From positions 57,178,068 through 57,242,067 of the forward strand of contig NC_068995.1 in the NCBI RefSeq assembly GCF_001194135.2: DNA of 64,000 nucleotides, written 5' to 3'. Position numbers and translations under genes: made by a program. Source of the DNA: Octopus bimaculoides (taxonomy: Eukaryota). The notes below the pieces were generated by a model. The model saw nothing but the letters and a program-made list of their open reading frames with translations. It searched no databases and had not been told where the DNA came from. Below, one piece after another: positions 11,082 through 24,805 of this stretch (position 1 is its first letter; every line of letters begins with the position of its first letter).

Positions 11082-14039
11082 TTCATTTATTTGCCACCAG
11101 GGCGGACGAGGGTGGGAGGACGATAATGATGATGATGATAATAACAGTGTTAGTCGTCACTAACTTGCGATCGCTAAGGTTTCTCAAATACTCTTTTAAC
11201 GATTAAAATAGAAACTGCTGAAATAAATTATCTGTGGTTAAAGAAAGGAATCGTGTTTAATTTTTATATTAGAAATTAGAATGATACTTTTTTTCTTTAT
11301 TTTACAAATTTTCAATTCAAATCTATTGATTTCTACAATCTTTCAAAACGAGAACTTGTTAAAACAATTTTCTCTATTCGGAAAACCGACCCGGAACCAT
11401 TTATTGAAGAAATCTCAACAAACTTTGACAGTTTTGCTAAGAGATTTTTTTAGAATACGAAACCAATTCCTGTTTGGCGCTCTGTGCCATTTAAAAATGA
11501 TGTCCAATAGTATTGTGTCAGGGAAATCTGATTTTATCTCTCAGAAAACAGTCGCTAGTTCTCGTAGAATCAAATGAGTTTATTCGATTCCTCTAGTTTT
11601 TGTTTTGACTGTTCTTTGGCCGTCGTCGTGTCATGTCTGAAAAAAGAATCAAAACAATAACGTAGGAGGGTTTTTCTCTCCTATATTTGTTTGTTCGGCA
11701 ACGCCTTACGTAAAACTAGTTGGTACTTGTAAGGTGTGTTCGAATCCAAGCTAGTCTCTTCATGCCTTTCTACACACACACACACTTGATACTACAGCGT
11801 TGTTTTATGACTGTGTTGTTTAAGGTTGGCAAACAGTCTTACAATATATGTATGTGTGTGTGTATGTGAGTGTGCGATCGCACTTACTGTTGATCATAGC
11901 TGGCCCATTGACTCGGTTCTTAACTAGTGCTTGTTTATCATTTTTCATTCATATCCTCAGCTTCGATTAGCTGATTGATTTTTGTTGCCCCATATCGGTC
12001 GATAAGTATGGGAGGTCCTACCTGCTGTGAAAGGAGGTGCTTGTCTGGCTTCAGTAGGCTCCTACTTATTACCTAGAACGGGTGGGTGGTATTATTTTTG
12101 TGGTGGTGGTGGTGGTGGTTGTGTTGGTGGGCTTTTGTTTACACGCCCCTTCTTACTCTCACATCCTTCTCCTCTCACAAACCAAACACTACAAAATGTA
12201 TGCAAAACACACACACACACACACTCAACAAACTTTATTACACACTTCCTTCACTTGTTCTTTTCTTGTTTTTGTTTTGTCTCGAAGATCTTTTACGAGT
12301 ACATCCATACTCACAATTACAGCTCAACTATTACCAAATTGCATTCCCTGTTTTTATTACGCTAATGCCCTTGGGGGGAAAGCACCAATGTCACAACTTC
12401 ATATTTTCTTTCGATTTAGAAAAAAAAAATGTCCTGGTTTCTTGATCAAATTACGTAAAGAGAAACAGTTATCGTCTGTACCAGTGAACATGGCGCAAAC
12501 AGCAGGTTCCTTTAATCTGGACAACTTTCCCTGTCTGCTCCAACGTTGTCTCGAAACGAGTTAGATATCCCACGTCAGCNNNNNNNNNNNNNNNNNNNNN
12601 NNNNNNNNNNNNNNNNNNNNNNNNNNNNNNNNNNNNNCCCCCCAGAAAGTCCGTGTGTCTCTTAAAATAACTCTAATATTTAGGAATAAAAGGAGTTATA
12701 TTCCATTCTATCGACTACCTGTCGTCTGTCCACTTCAAAGAAATCGTGTATCTAATTGTTCTTATTTCACAAGTTCTGTAAAGTAGATATAAACAACCAG
12801 TGCAATCCGTTTTGCGATTCTCATTTGTAGCAGCGATTTCCTTCGGTCTTTCCCATCAGTCAAAAAGCCTTGAATTTCTCTTCTTTGAACCCGATTAAGA
12901 TTTAAGTGCTTTATTTCTTGCGGCTCTTCGAGTTAAAAACTACTTCTTTTCGCATCTGACTTATGTGATAGTCCTCCAGAATGGAAGAATGAACGCCACA
13001 ACATCTTACTCTGTCTCTTTCCTAACTTTTTGTAAGGGCAAAGTCTGTTTGTGACTTGCTGTCTGCTTCCTGGATAAAAAAATTAACCTGTTTTGTGGTA
13101 GCAGGTCGTTTAGTCCCACCCCGGCCCTGTTGAGCATACATACACTTATGATTAAAACCATTCTAACAGTAACCAACGTGGCACTTTTTGTTTCTCTTGG
13201 ATTACATTATACAATGTCTCACCACTTTTTTAAAGGCCATAGTGTGATCTATAGGAGATAGCAACAGTTTAGAGGTCTCGTGAAATAATACTAGTAACAC
13301 ATGTATTACTGGTAAATTCAAATATTTTATTCATTCAGAGGAGTTCTTGCACAAAAGTAAAAGAAATTACTCATCTAAGACACTCCGGAGATGACTGACT
13401 TTAATATCTTCCCAGATCCTTAAAATAAGTACCAACAATAGTAATACACCCAGTCCGTTCTGTTGCCTATATATGTATGTATGGTGTATTTGCGAGTATT
13501 GTTACTTATGTTGAGAAGTAGTGTTTGCTCAGAACTATACAAACGATAAATGTGTGTGTGTACAAACTTTTATCCTCGTTTACACATACTGTCGTGCTTC
13601 AGGTAGATAACAGTACTTATATACTTTCTATGTAATTAAAGGAAACGTTGATATTTTTTAAAAACATTAACTTGTAAAATATAGCGTTGAAGAAATTGAT
13701 AGCAAAATATACTTCAGTCATTAACAGGATTTTCAGTTCGCAAGGTGGAAGAAACCGAAGAAATGTTTGTCTTTCTTTTGGCATTAGAAACATTAAATAA
13801 GAGGAAACAAAACAACTAGGTTATATATTCTGGAACTGTTACGTAGAAGAGTTTGCGTCGGCTGCAATTGATCGAAAGAAGTTTGTGAAGTATCGAATAA
13901 GTTTATTTGCTGTGAGGGAGTAAAAAGTCCTATCGTTTCAGGCGTCAACAGAGACCCGAGAAACTTTATTCCACGAACTCTTCTTATAAGAAACAATTAT
14001 CTATGATGATGAACGAAGGAGACTTTGCCTAATCGTTCA

Positions 14040-14205
14040 ATCAAACTGGTAGAAATAGCAGCCAAATCTCCCTCAAATTATACCTTTTCTTTAATAAAGA
14101 AATAAAAATAAGGTTGGACACAATGAACAATGTAATAATTATTATACCAAAAGACGTAATGGTCACACATGGAACGCCTTTGATCATAATATCTGCTAGA
14201 TCTAT
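14040..14205. mobile_element. Dispersed short repeat (family with GCTAGAAATAGCAGCCAAATCTCCCTCAAAT...TTTGATCATA), probable SINE/retroposon part
   Basis: Related diverged copies at ~14740-14800, 28715-28860 and 63500-63720, with inverted partial copies at ~13085-13200 and 15465-15545. Aligned by eye. Confidence 0.55.
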
Positions 14206-14989
14206 GTTTGACAATATCCATTAACATGATTAACTGTCTGAGAGCCTTAAGTTCACTTAATAGTGTCTCTTGTTTGGAGGGTTTTTTTCTCTTCTCTCAA
14301 AAGGTATCCCATTACTGTCTTGTAAAGTTTGGTATCTTATATTTACAATTTCTCTGTGGCAAGAGCCATCAAATAGATCAAGTTTCGAGTATCGTACCAT
14401 TTTTAACCCTGTCGCAGCACTTAGAGTATTAACGCCCTTCAAAAATACATGAACTTTACACATGAATGGTTTCCTTCGTCTTAACGTGCCTTTATATAAA
14501 AATTAACCATTTAGATACCACCAAACTACCTGCGCTGATAACAGTAACGAGTCGACATTGATGCGTGGAGGAGGCCCCCTTGTAGAATCCTGGTGGGACA
14601 TCACACTTAATTTTACTCATAATTCGCACAGGTAACTAATTCGCTGTGAATGCTTCATACGTTAGACCGATTTTATTAGCCAAGGAGATTTTTTTTTATT
14701 CCATTCTTAAAACCTGACGAGATACGCGATCACACATATAGTCAAATCTCCCTCAAATCTCTCCTTACTAAATTAGAAATGCAAGACATTGGATAATATA
14801 GTCCTATGTCTTTGGAGAAAAAAAAAAAAAAAATTAAACAATGGATCCTCGGGGCAGGTCACATTAGTGAATTCTAACATTTCCCGCCAAACAATCGGGT
14901 CTTCTTTGAAATGCTTACTCGTTCGTGATTTGTAGGTCTATTTTACCTTTTTACAATATATACTTGTACTGAGGCACCAACTTCAATGT

Positions 14990-15112
14990 TCGGATGCAGA
15001 CTTTACGATTGGTTCTTCGTTTATCGACCTAGGAAGGATGAAAAATAATGACCTGCTTGGCGGGATTTGAATTCGAACGTTGAAGAAGACAAAACTAAAT
15101 ACTGCTATCGAA
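14990..15112 (-). mobile_element. Degenerate tRNA-derived SINE (Nin-domain-like)
   Basis: The reverse complement contains a B-box-like GTTCGAATTCAAATCCC followed by TTTCATCCTTCCTAGGTCGATAAA, matching the copies at 32339 and 37768. Confidence 0.55.
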
Positions 15113-18100
15113 CAATTTATTCATTGCAGTTTTCTGGTGTCCCAAGTCTCTGCTATAACGCTTTTAATGTTTCATGTTATATTTATTTCTCATTCAATGG
15201 TTTTAGATAGTCTTTCTAAACTTTTAGACGATACAAACTGTTCCCCCAACACTTTGCAATGTGTACTTTATTTAATTCCCTTCCACCGTTTCGTGTTCAC
15301 GTTCCGGTGGAATCGATTGTAATCGTTTCGGCTGTCCAGTATCGATGAAATAAAATATCAGAAATGTATCTGAGATCAATCAACTACATGAATATGTGTG
15401 CATTCAAATACACATACACACACAAAATTAACTTTGCGTCTACCTTTCTAGACATATGTTGTTGTATGGTTGCTTAGCTCCAGTCAACCCTGATTCAGCA
15501 AATTTTTATTAGGGACATCCCAGCTAAGACCATCTCGTCTTTTTCGGCAATTCAAATTCATATCATATAATGGATCATTCCTAGTTAACGCTAGAGGTGT
15601 CAAAACATGTTCAATTTTCAAAATTCTCTTTGCGCCAAATACATAAAACAAATACACTGGATCCTCACAAGTCTTGAATTTTGTAATTGTTCCCTCTCAT
15701 AAATTTCAGTAGTTGATATTTTATGTAGTTTTCGTATAATTTTTACACCTACCTAGAGAGCTAGTAAAATTTTCAGCTACTTATACATTTAAGACGCTTA
15801 TATGTGAGATATGGAAATTTTATTCTTATTTCTAGCACGTTGATCGACTGCTAAAGACCCCCTCGCTGGTCTGTCACAGTGTAGACAGTTTGCACCTTTT
15901 CCCTCTTGTTAATTGTAACTTTGGAAAAACAAAAATAAAGCACTGCTTCACATCTTACTTATCACCTCTTCAAAAATATCAGCTTTCATGTTTTAGAAAG
16001 CCATTATTTGACAAGGACATCACCTTAAGTGGAAACCTCTTGGCAAGCCGGATACATGTCCAGGTTTCATGCTTCCGGTTAGTAATTATTTACGCTCCAC
16101 TTACGTCGCTCCCGAGGAAGGCACGACCGACAAGCAATCTCATTTCCTATCTTTCATGAATTCCTAAGTGCAGTAAATGTCTGTCAGTATCCCGAGGGGG
16201 TCTTACATGAGTTGCAACTTTGCTTAGATTTCATCGAATGATGCGAACGAGCGGTAAAGCTCTCTCTAGGACGAAACGACAATCTGTCGCAATTAACTAT
16301 TCCCAAATGATCTGATACCAGCGTATTCTCGACATATCAGTGAGATTGACGTATTATGAAATACAGTGTCCTGTCCTTGTCTATTGTCCAGTTGAATGTC
16401 ACATTCTGGCCATTGAGTGAATGTCTTCAGCTAAGTCCGAGCTGTTGCAAGCATTCGCGTCTGGTCAACAGTCTAAAGATGTTTTTCTCCCTCAAAAGTC
16501 ATGTGAAAAACAAACAAACAAATAAGAACCTCGACAATGATACGTCTTCGGTTTTCTATTCGGTTATCCCAACATTTTCAAACATTTTACCAAAAAAAGC
16601 AAGCAAGAATAGAATGAGAAATCATTGACGATGAAATCCCTTCCGAACACAAGTTTTACTCTTGCATTTTCTCCTGTTGTGTTGGAATATTTAAGAGATT
16701 ACGGTGTTAAGTCCACTTAACTTAGTTTAATCCAGTTTGTTAATTAACTTAATAAATAAATACCCCGATGCTTTGCAAAAGAATTTGCTTCAGTGTATGT
16801 TTGAGTGTATACACACACACACACACACACATGGCCAGATCAGCGGAAACTGCTTCGTGGAATCCTTTTGGAATTGGAAACTTTCGGATAGTCCTAACTG
16901 GCTAAAATATAACTGTCCCGTATGCGTTTGGATCTCTCTGATTTAGGTAGCGATCTTTTGATAACATCAGTGATTATAATAAACGGCTTCCATTGTATAA
17001 CCATGATATTGGTTTGTCTTCAATATTCGCTTCTCAATCTACTTCTGTCCCCCATGTGTATGTACGTCTTGAAATTATTATGGGACACCAAAACCATTTC
17101 TTTAATGGTGTGCACTCTTGCCATCACGTAAATTGATATTTTACATCGGAATCTATTTTGGTTTGCGCCAATTAATATCTGATAAGGCATGAAAGACTGG
17201 TGATTCTTCGCTACCTTACCAATTCAGTCAGTCTTTTAAGCACGTTCACATTCTAACCGAATTTCATTCATATATTCTTTTCTGTTATTGAATAACTCCT
17301 GGTCACGCTTCAATCGTGCAGACTTTTTAAAGAAAAGTATCCCACCTTTAACCATTGTCCCATTTCTAAGTGTACCTAGGACTATATTATATAATGTATC
17401 TTGTCTTCATACATACAAGAATTTAAGGCATAATTTGAGCGACATTTGGCTGTTGCTTCTTAAAGGTCGATCGACTACCTACATGTTCCTGTAATGGTTC
17501 ACTATTGTTGTTGTCTTGTGACAGCTTTTACTTGGTGATTGAAACGTGCAAGTCGGACAGTTTCGTTTCGTTTCCCTTCTCTCGTTTTACTTCGAACCTC
17601 GCCGAATTCAATTACACCTTTAATCAACTCGTACCCGTTATTACACAAGGTACAATTCAATCGATGACTATACATCTACCCTAATTCAAAAACGGTGTGC
17701 TTGTATTCAAAATTGCTTATTAAAACTTTTTTCGGTAAATTCTTACAATTATATTAGTATTTTTTTAATTTTTTTTCTTACTGTTACTCGTAAAAGATTC
17801 TTTTTCTCACTTCGCTCTTTCTCTGTTGCTGCTACAATCTTCACATAAAGATTATATCATCTCTAACACTGTCATCATACATACATTCTCTGTAACACGT
17901 TATCATCACATTGACCCCCCTCTTCCCATCCACACTCGTTCAAGATGGGTTTGTCTTTTTTTCTCTTTTGCAATTTTCTCTTGGAGTAATTACCATTTTA
18001 AAGCACATCTCTCTCGCATCTTCACCTTTAACAACTTTTTAGGGTTTCTTATACTTTCGATCTGTTTCACTGGTCAAAATCCATTTATTTCTCTTTTGTC

Positions 18101-18636
18101 GGTTAATCCATTTATCCATTATCCCAGTTAAACAGTTTATCGACTAAATATTTACATCGCCTCTTAATTAACTCTTTCTTTCCTTTCCTTTCTTACTCTC
18201 TCTCTCTCACTCAACAAAACCAATGTTTTCATCAATTTTCTGCGTCCGTATGAAAGCAGACCTGTCGGTTATTGTCCCTGTGACGAAGAGACGTTCCAGG
18301 CATGACGTCCCAATTACCTATCTAGAACTGCATTACCCAATGTATAACTCATCTTTTCAAGATGATAGGGTTGAACTCTGAGTAAGATTTAGCTGGAGTT
18401 TCGAGCAGATCGAGCGATCCCGTTAAGGAATCTTGGTTCATTGTTCGATCGTGATTTTCAACCATTTAAGTTTTTAAGTTCGAAAACAGGTTTCGTTTTT
18501 TTTTTCTTTTTTTTATGGGACGTCAAGATTTGTATTTATTTGAGTCGGTGAATTTTAATTTCTACTCTTTCTGAAGAACTAAAGCTAAACTATTGACTTA
18601 TCTGTTCTGTTTCACATTATTTACAAGTAGCAATTC

Positions 18637-18689
<53 letters not shown>

Positions 18690-18709
18690 GTGCGCAATTA
18701 TGTGTGTGT

Positions 18710-18897
18710 CGGTCTTTGTGTTTATTCTCTTAACCTCGCTTGGCAACCAGTGTTGGTTCGTTTATGTCCCTGTAACTTAGTATAAGAGATCGATAGAATA
18801 AATACCATGCTCAGAAAATGTACTGAGATCGATTAGTTCGACTAAAATCCGTCAAAGTGGTACCCCAGCATGACCACAGTCTAGCGAAACAAGTAAA
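18710..18897 (+). mobile_element. SINE family A, 3' half
   Basis: GCTTGGCAACCAGTGTTGG...GTCCCTGTAACTTAG...GATAGAATAA...CCCCAGCATGACCACAGTC...GAAACAAGTAAA, homologous to 47945, 48977 and 58497. Confidence 0.75.
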
Positions 18898-18936
18898 TAC
18901 ACACACACACGTATATACATACATACCTATCTATCT

Positions 18937-18996
<60 letters not shown>

Positions 18997-20584
18997 CTGT
19001 TCCTGCTCAAGGCACTGTGTCACTTTGTTGCCGTCCTCATTTAGATACTGTTTTGTGTGTGTGTGTGTGTGTGTAGGCGCGCGCGCATCTACACACATAC
19101 ACACACACACTTGCATATACACGCTCGCTCAGAATAGGTGCTTTTATAGAGATGCATTCAGCAGGGGTTCCGCACGACAAACTTTAATGCTGCCGTCTGC
19201 CTTGCGGGGTTTCTCACAAGCCTGTCAAGTTCTTAACAAGATTCATAAAAAAAGAAAAGGAAAAATACCTGATGAAGCTATAAGCGTTATATAATGCGAT
19301 GTATAAATGTGGCAAGCGGGCGTTGGGGACACAGGCATAAGCAAGAACAATAAAACTTTAATTATATTTATTCTACTAAAAGCAGTTCGTGGATAATCTA
19401 AATAGTATTGAGTCAAAGGAATTCCGTTGTTGCTTTTTAAATAGACAAAAAGCAAACTGTTCTGATTTAGTACATCCTCTGTGTGTGTGTGTGTGCGCGC
19501 GCGCTTCACTGTCTCGCAATAATGTTTGGTCATTCATGGTAATTTCGGAGCATATTAAGTTGGCTAATTTTTTATTATATCATCCCAAGAAGACACACAC
19601 ACACACGAACATGCCTGTTTAGTCATACGTATATTCGCACGCACACACACACACACACACAGAGCCAATCTCTCTAATTGATAATCAATGTTAATTTTTA
19701 TCGACTTTTCTCCCCTCTTCCCACTTATCACCGTTCATGGCTCTCGCCCACCTGCAGCGAACGATGACATCGTTTAAGACTTTCTTCACTCTCCCAGAAA
19801 TTATATGCGTGTGTGTGTGTGTGTAATATATATATGTATATATATGTATATATAAAATGTGTGATATGCCTTTGTCCCCTACAGCTAAGAGCTGCCTCTT
19901 GAGGCCAGGCCAAGCAGCCAACACACAATCAATCCAAGAGGCACGGATCTCTTCCCGTTCACTAAAAGTGCTTACAAATACGTGTTTCCGGGTGGTGGCC
20001 GATTGATTTAACAGAGGTGTATAATAATCATTAATTATCGCTTTAGTCACTCAGAAACCATTCTTTTTCCTCTCCCTCATTTGTTCTTCCATTTTCCCCT
20101 CTCCGATTCTCCTTGCCAGACTTAATTTTAATTGCTGTTTAAAACTATTTGCTGTCGTTCTCACATTGTCCTGCACAAAACTCAAACTTTTTTTCTGTTT
20201 TCTGTCCGATAGACTTCTATGAAAGAAATCTATAAAATAAAACTCGTATCTGGTCTACGTTTATAACATTTTCAATCGGTTCTTTATAGTCCAAGTTATG
20301 CAGTTCAACTTTATTACTGTTGCATCATCAATTCAGATTTTTCTCTCTAGAACAATGAATATTATTACATAGACTCGTATTAATCTCAAATGCGGTTTCT
20401 CTTTTGTTGTTTGTTAATTAATCTCTTTTAAAAGTTTGATTTTGAAAAATATATTCCAATCTCTGTCTCATTCCGCTCACAGAACAGTAGTAAATCGTTG
20501 ACTTTTAGGGGTTTTTTTTTTAATGAATATCTGTATAGAATTACGAAGTTTTATTCTACTTTAATCTATCTTTCGCCTCTTATC

Positions 20585-20765
20585 TTTTGTTTCAGTCATT
20601 TGACTGCGGCCAAGCTGGAGGCCTACTTTAAAGGGTTTAGTCGGACAAATTGACTCCAGTGTTTATTTTCTTTTTAAGTCTGGTACTTCTTCTATCGGTC
20701 ACTTTTAACCGAAACGCCAAGTTATAGGGACGTAACCAAGCCAAGATCGGTTGCCAAGCGATGGT
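20585..20765 (-). mobile_element. SINE family A, 3' half (CpG-retaining copy)
   Basis: TTTCAGTCATTTGACTGCGGCC...TGGTACTTCTTCTATCGGTC...GGACGTAA...GGTTGCCAAGCGATGG, the reverse of the family A 3' half. Confidence 0.8.
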
Positions 20766-22080
20766 CTCACACACGCGCACGTGCTTCAGTGACCATTCTG
20801 ATGTGCACGTAGGTGTTTTCATAAACGAACGCAGTGACACAAAATTAATTACATTTAGAAGATTGAAGTTCTTTTGAATAAAGTCGGATTTTGGTCAGTC
20901 TGGTTACAAACATCAAATTTTACCTACGAAATGATTTATTTTGCTATGACTTCACTCTTCAATATAACAATATTAGAAATGTATCTAGCTTTTAAATTCC
21001 ACTTTAACAAAGTTAGTCAAAGCTCTTTTTTTTATTCTGCTTAAGCTTCATCCTAATATTGTGTGTGTGTGTGTAACACCCTGGAATGTTATTGAATTAT
21101 AATAATAATAATTACAATTGTAGTATATCTTTGGTTTTACAAAACTTTCAAAACTCTCCCGTCAGATACGCGTCAGTGTACCCACACACACATACAGCTG
21201 TAAGTGAAAGAGTTAATTTTCTTCATGTAGGCTCCTTTCTTATGTCTATGGAACTATGTATGTCTGTGTATATACTGTATATGTGTATGTGTATATATAT
21301 ATATATATATNNNNNNNNNNNNNNNNNNNNNNNNNNNNNNNNNNNNNNNNNNNNNNNNNNNNNNNNNNNNNNNNNNNNNNNNNNNNNNNNNNNNNNNNNN
21401 NNNNNNNNNNNNNNNNNNNNNNNNNNNNNNNNNNNNNNNNNNNNNNNNNNNNNNNNNNNNNNNNNNNNNNNNNNNNNNNNNNNNNNNNNNNNNNNNNNNN
21501 NNNNNNNNNNNNNNNNNNNNNNNNNNNNNNNNNNNNNNNNNNNNNNNNNNNNNNNNNNNNNNNNNNNNNNNNNNNNNNNNNNNNNNNNNNNNNNNNNNNN
21601 NNNNNNNNNNNNNNNNNNNNNNNNNNNNNNNNNNNNNNNNNNNNNNNNNNNNNNNNNNNNNNNNNNNNNNNNNNNNNNNNNNNNNNNNNNNNNNNNNNNN
21701 NNNNNNNNNNNNNNNNNNNNNNNNNNNNNNNNNNNNNNNNNNNNNNNNNNNNNNNNNNNNNNNNNNNNNNNNNNNNNNNNNNNNNNNNNNNNNNNNNNNN
21801 NNNNNNNNNNNNNNNNNNNNNNNNNNNNNNNNNNNNNNNNNNNNNNNNNNNNNNNNNNNNNNNNNNNNNNNNNNNNNNNNNNNNNNNNNNNNNNNNNNNN
21901 NNNNNNNNNNNNNNNNNNNNNNNNNNNNNNNNNNNNNNNAATTTTAATCTTCGGATTTTTTTTTTTAATATGCTAGACCACTGGTTTTAATTGATTAATA
22001 TCAATTCCTACCCTTATTAATAAAGTTTAAATAATGATTTTTTCAAACCGGTTAATTAGCTGCAAAAATTTATTAACTGC

Positions 22081-22300
22081 AGGGCTATTTCCGGCCTTAG
22101 CGCGCCATATTGAAGACATTTGAAGGGATACACTGAATGTAATTTGTAGAACTCTACACGTGCTCCATTTCGGGTGGACGTCTTATGTCTAGTTCTGGAA
22201 ATTATATTTTTAAATCGATAGACTACGCTGATGATCCTGCAGATATTTACTTATGTAAATTTTAACAGGTGAAACCATGGTACATAAGTTAATCGTTTTT
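22081..22300. promoter_or_regulatory. Candidate housekeeping-type promoter / CpG cluster
   Basis: ETS-like TTTCCGG (22088-22094), YY1-like CGCCATATTG (22103-22112) and E-box CACGTG (22157-22162) lie in a CpG cluster immediately before CpG depletion begins. Confidence 0.4.
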
Positions 22301-24509
22301 TCTTTATTTAGTATTTTTTCATTTGTCTTGCCCTTTTACAGTCTGTTGTGTCGCTAATTTTTTACTGAGAACATATTTTTTCGTGGTTAGATGATTCGGC
22401 ATCTATTTCTAGTATATTGGAGTCCACTTTTGCTGGTCATTTCTCTTATTTTTGTATATATATATGTATATAATCCTCTAGCTATCAAACTATTACTTGT
22501 GGTAGAATTCATTAAATGTGTTTTTAAAAAAAAATTCTCATGTCCCTTGTTATTTAGAATGAAGTCTTTACTAATACACATTGCTCATTCATTTAATCAA
22601 AAATAGTTTCTGATTCACCTGTTAATAAAGAAGGCAACAATCTTTATTACATAACCTAACAGTAAATGCTCCTGGCCAAAATATCAACTCATGAAATTAA
22701 GTTTCTATAAATGCACAAGGCAACCCTATTTAGACGGAGTTGTATTTTACTGGACCCAAGTTTGGTTTCTTCTTGGAAAGTTTCAAACTGTTTCCTTTCT
22801 TTTTCTGCTGATTTCATCTTGTGTGCCCATAATATATTGCTGAGGCATAGTTCTAAATACACTTGGAACTGCCACTTTGAAATGAAGCATTTTGATAATA
22901 AATATTTTGAGATATCAGTTGATAACATTTACATATATCAAGTGGCTTTCATTCCAGTACATTAAAATGCAATTTATAGTTTGAATTTTTATATTAAACA
23001 AAGTCGTTTACATAACGATAGATAGATAAAATCAGTGTGTGTTAGTCAAATTAGTAGCTCACAATTTGTTTGTACATGTTTCATTGAAAGATTGTTTCAA
23101 ATAGTTTTGATTTTACTTCACCAACAATTAAGATCTATGTCTGTTCTTTCTTCGCTTGAAAGTTTCCTAAAAGAGGAAAACTTTTTCTTAATAATAGTAT
23201 TTTCTTTGAATGGATCCAGGAAGTTATTGGTAGAAGTAATTTTAGAGATACTTGGAGAAAATAAACTTCTTTTTACTATTTCTATTGATTCTGAAATGAC
23301 ATTGTATTTTGGAATAACAAATCTTTATATTTCAATACCCAATATCTTTATATTTTATTTTAATACCCAGTAATGCAAGAATTAGGCAGAAACGGTTTGA
23401 AAAAAAGAAAAAAAGACATGTATTATCTATCTTGCTTTCTCTCCTTGCTTAAAAGTTTTCTACAAAGAGAAGCATTTACTTAATCATGTTATTTCTTGTG
23501 TCATCCTATTTATTTAGAACCACAAATTTAAAGTCTTCAGGCACATATAAGCTAACCAGACTTTTACAAAAATTATTTTTAAATGAGTTTCTTCACTTGA
23601 ATCCCTCTTGGGGTTTTACTCTTGTTTGTGTCAAGGAAAACCCTGTCTACAACTCCATAACCAAAACTAACCATACACATTTTGGTGATTCTTTTTTCTC
23701 TGTTTCTCAAAGTTGGATAAGTGAAAAGCATTGTGTATCAATGAAGACAAGTTTGTTTACAAATCATTGTCAAAGAATGTTTCTCTAATTATATCTTCCA
23801 TTATTACAGAGCTTGTTTCTCTAACTTGTCAGTTTACTTTAAGTGGCGTTTCATGACTAAATTTCTTCAGTTAAATGTGATAAACCAAATTATACGTCAT
23901 TACACAAATTGTATAAAGTTCTTAAGTTGTTCCTGAATTGTAGTTTGTTGTTTCAAAATTCAACATTGTGATGATATAAGGGTCTTTTTTTTTTAAAATT
24001 CTATCTCTCTCCCTTTCTCTCTCTCTCTCTCTCTCAGTATATATATATATATATATATATAAAATGTCGCATGGAAAAAACAATGAAGGAACATAGGGAG
24101 AACTGGAAAACAAACATACTAAGGTCATCGACATCAGTTATCAACCCCAAATCCTCACAATTCCAACGCCATATAATATATAAACACACACACACACACA
24201 CACATGCATGCTGTGCAGATGTTGATACATTTCGGAGACAAAAACCAGTGAAAAGGATTGTGTTGTAGAAAAATAGTTTCAGTTGAGCATTATAGAATTA
24301 GTCTTGGGATAAGAGAAAGCAATCATCTCATTGTTTCCATTCTTCGCAGTACTTATATTGTTAAATGGTTTTTGTTATGTCAGTTAGCAGTATCAGTCGC
24401 TGGTTGTTAACCATTCTATGTGTTCTAGATGTTTGGGTTGTTTTAACAAAACTTGTCTCTCTATAGGTAAATTTCCTTTTGATAAAAACCCCATACACGG
24501 TTTAGCTGG

Positions 24510-24524
24510 ATGTGTGTGTGTGAG

Positions 24525-24565
<41 letters not shown>

Positions 24566-24805
24566 GTGTGTGTGTGTATATATATATGTGTATATATATA
24601 TATGTGTATATATATATATGTGTATATATATATATATGTATATATATATGTGTATGTATATATGTATATATATATGTATATGTGTATATATATATATGTG
24701 TATATATATGTGTATATATATATGTATATGTATATGTATATATATGTGTATATATATATGTATATGTATATGTATATATATATGTATATATATATATATA
24801 TATAT
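24510..24805. repeat. Compound (TG)(CT)(TA)/(TATG) microsatellite array
   Basis: Read directly. Similar arrays at 1-60, 31110-31420, 52740-53150 and many shorter sites. Confidence 0.95.

Noticed and set aside
11090-11108. CTCF-like TTGCCACCAGGGCGG
   Set aside because: It lacks the AGRKGGC core spacing, so the match is too weak.
11706-12458. Two TTACGTAA PAR-bZIP palindromes (11706, 12451)
   Set aside because: An AT-rich 8-mer; two copies in the CpG-rich 22 kb is near chance expectation.
12829-12929. Minus-strand peptide KHLNLNRVQRREIQGFLTDGKDRREIAA resembling a Tc1/IS30-type HTH start
   Set aside because: No start codon, no recognition helix, and no TIRs or DDE domain nearby.
15310-23290. 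Scattered ATCGAT/ATTGAT Onecut-like sites suggesting autoregulation
   Set aside because: No visible clustering above AT-rich background.
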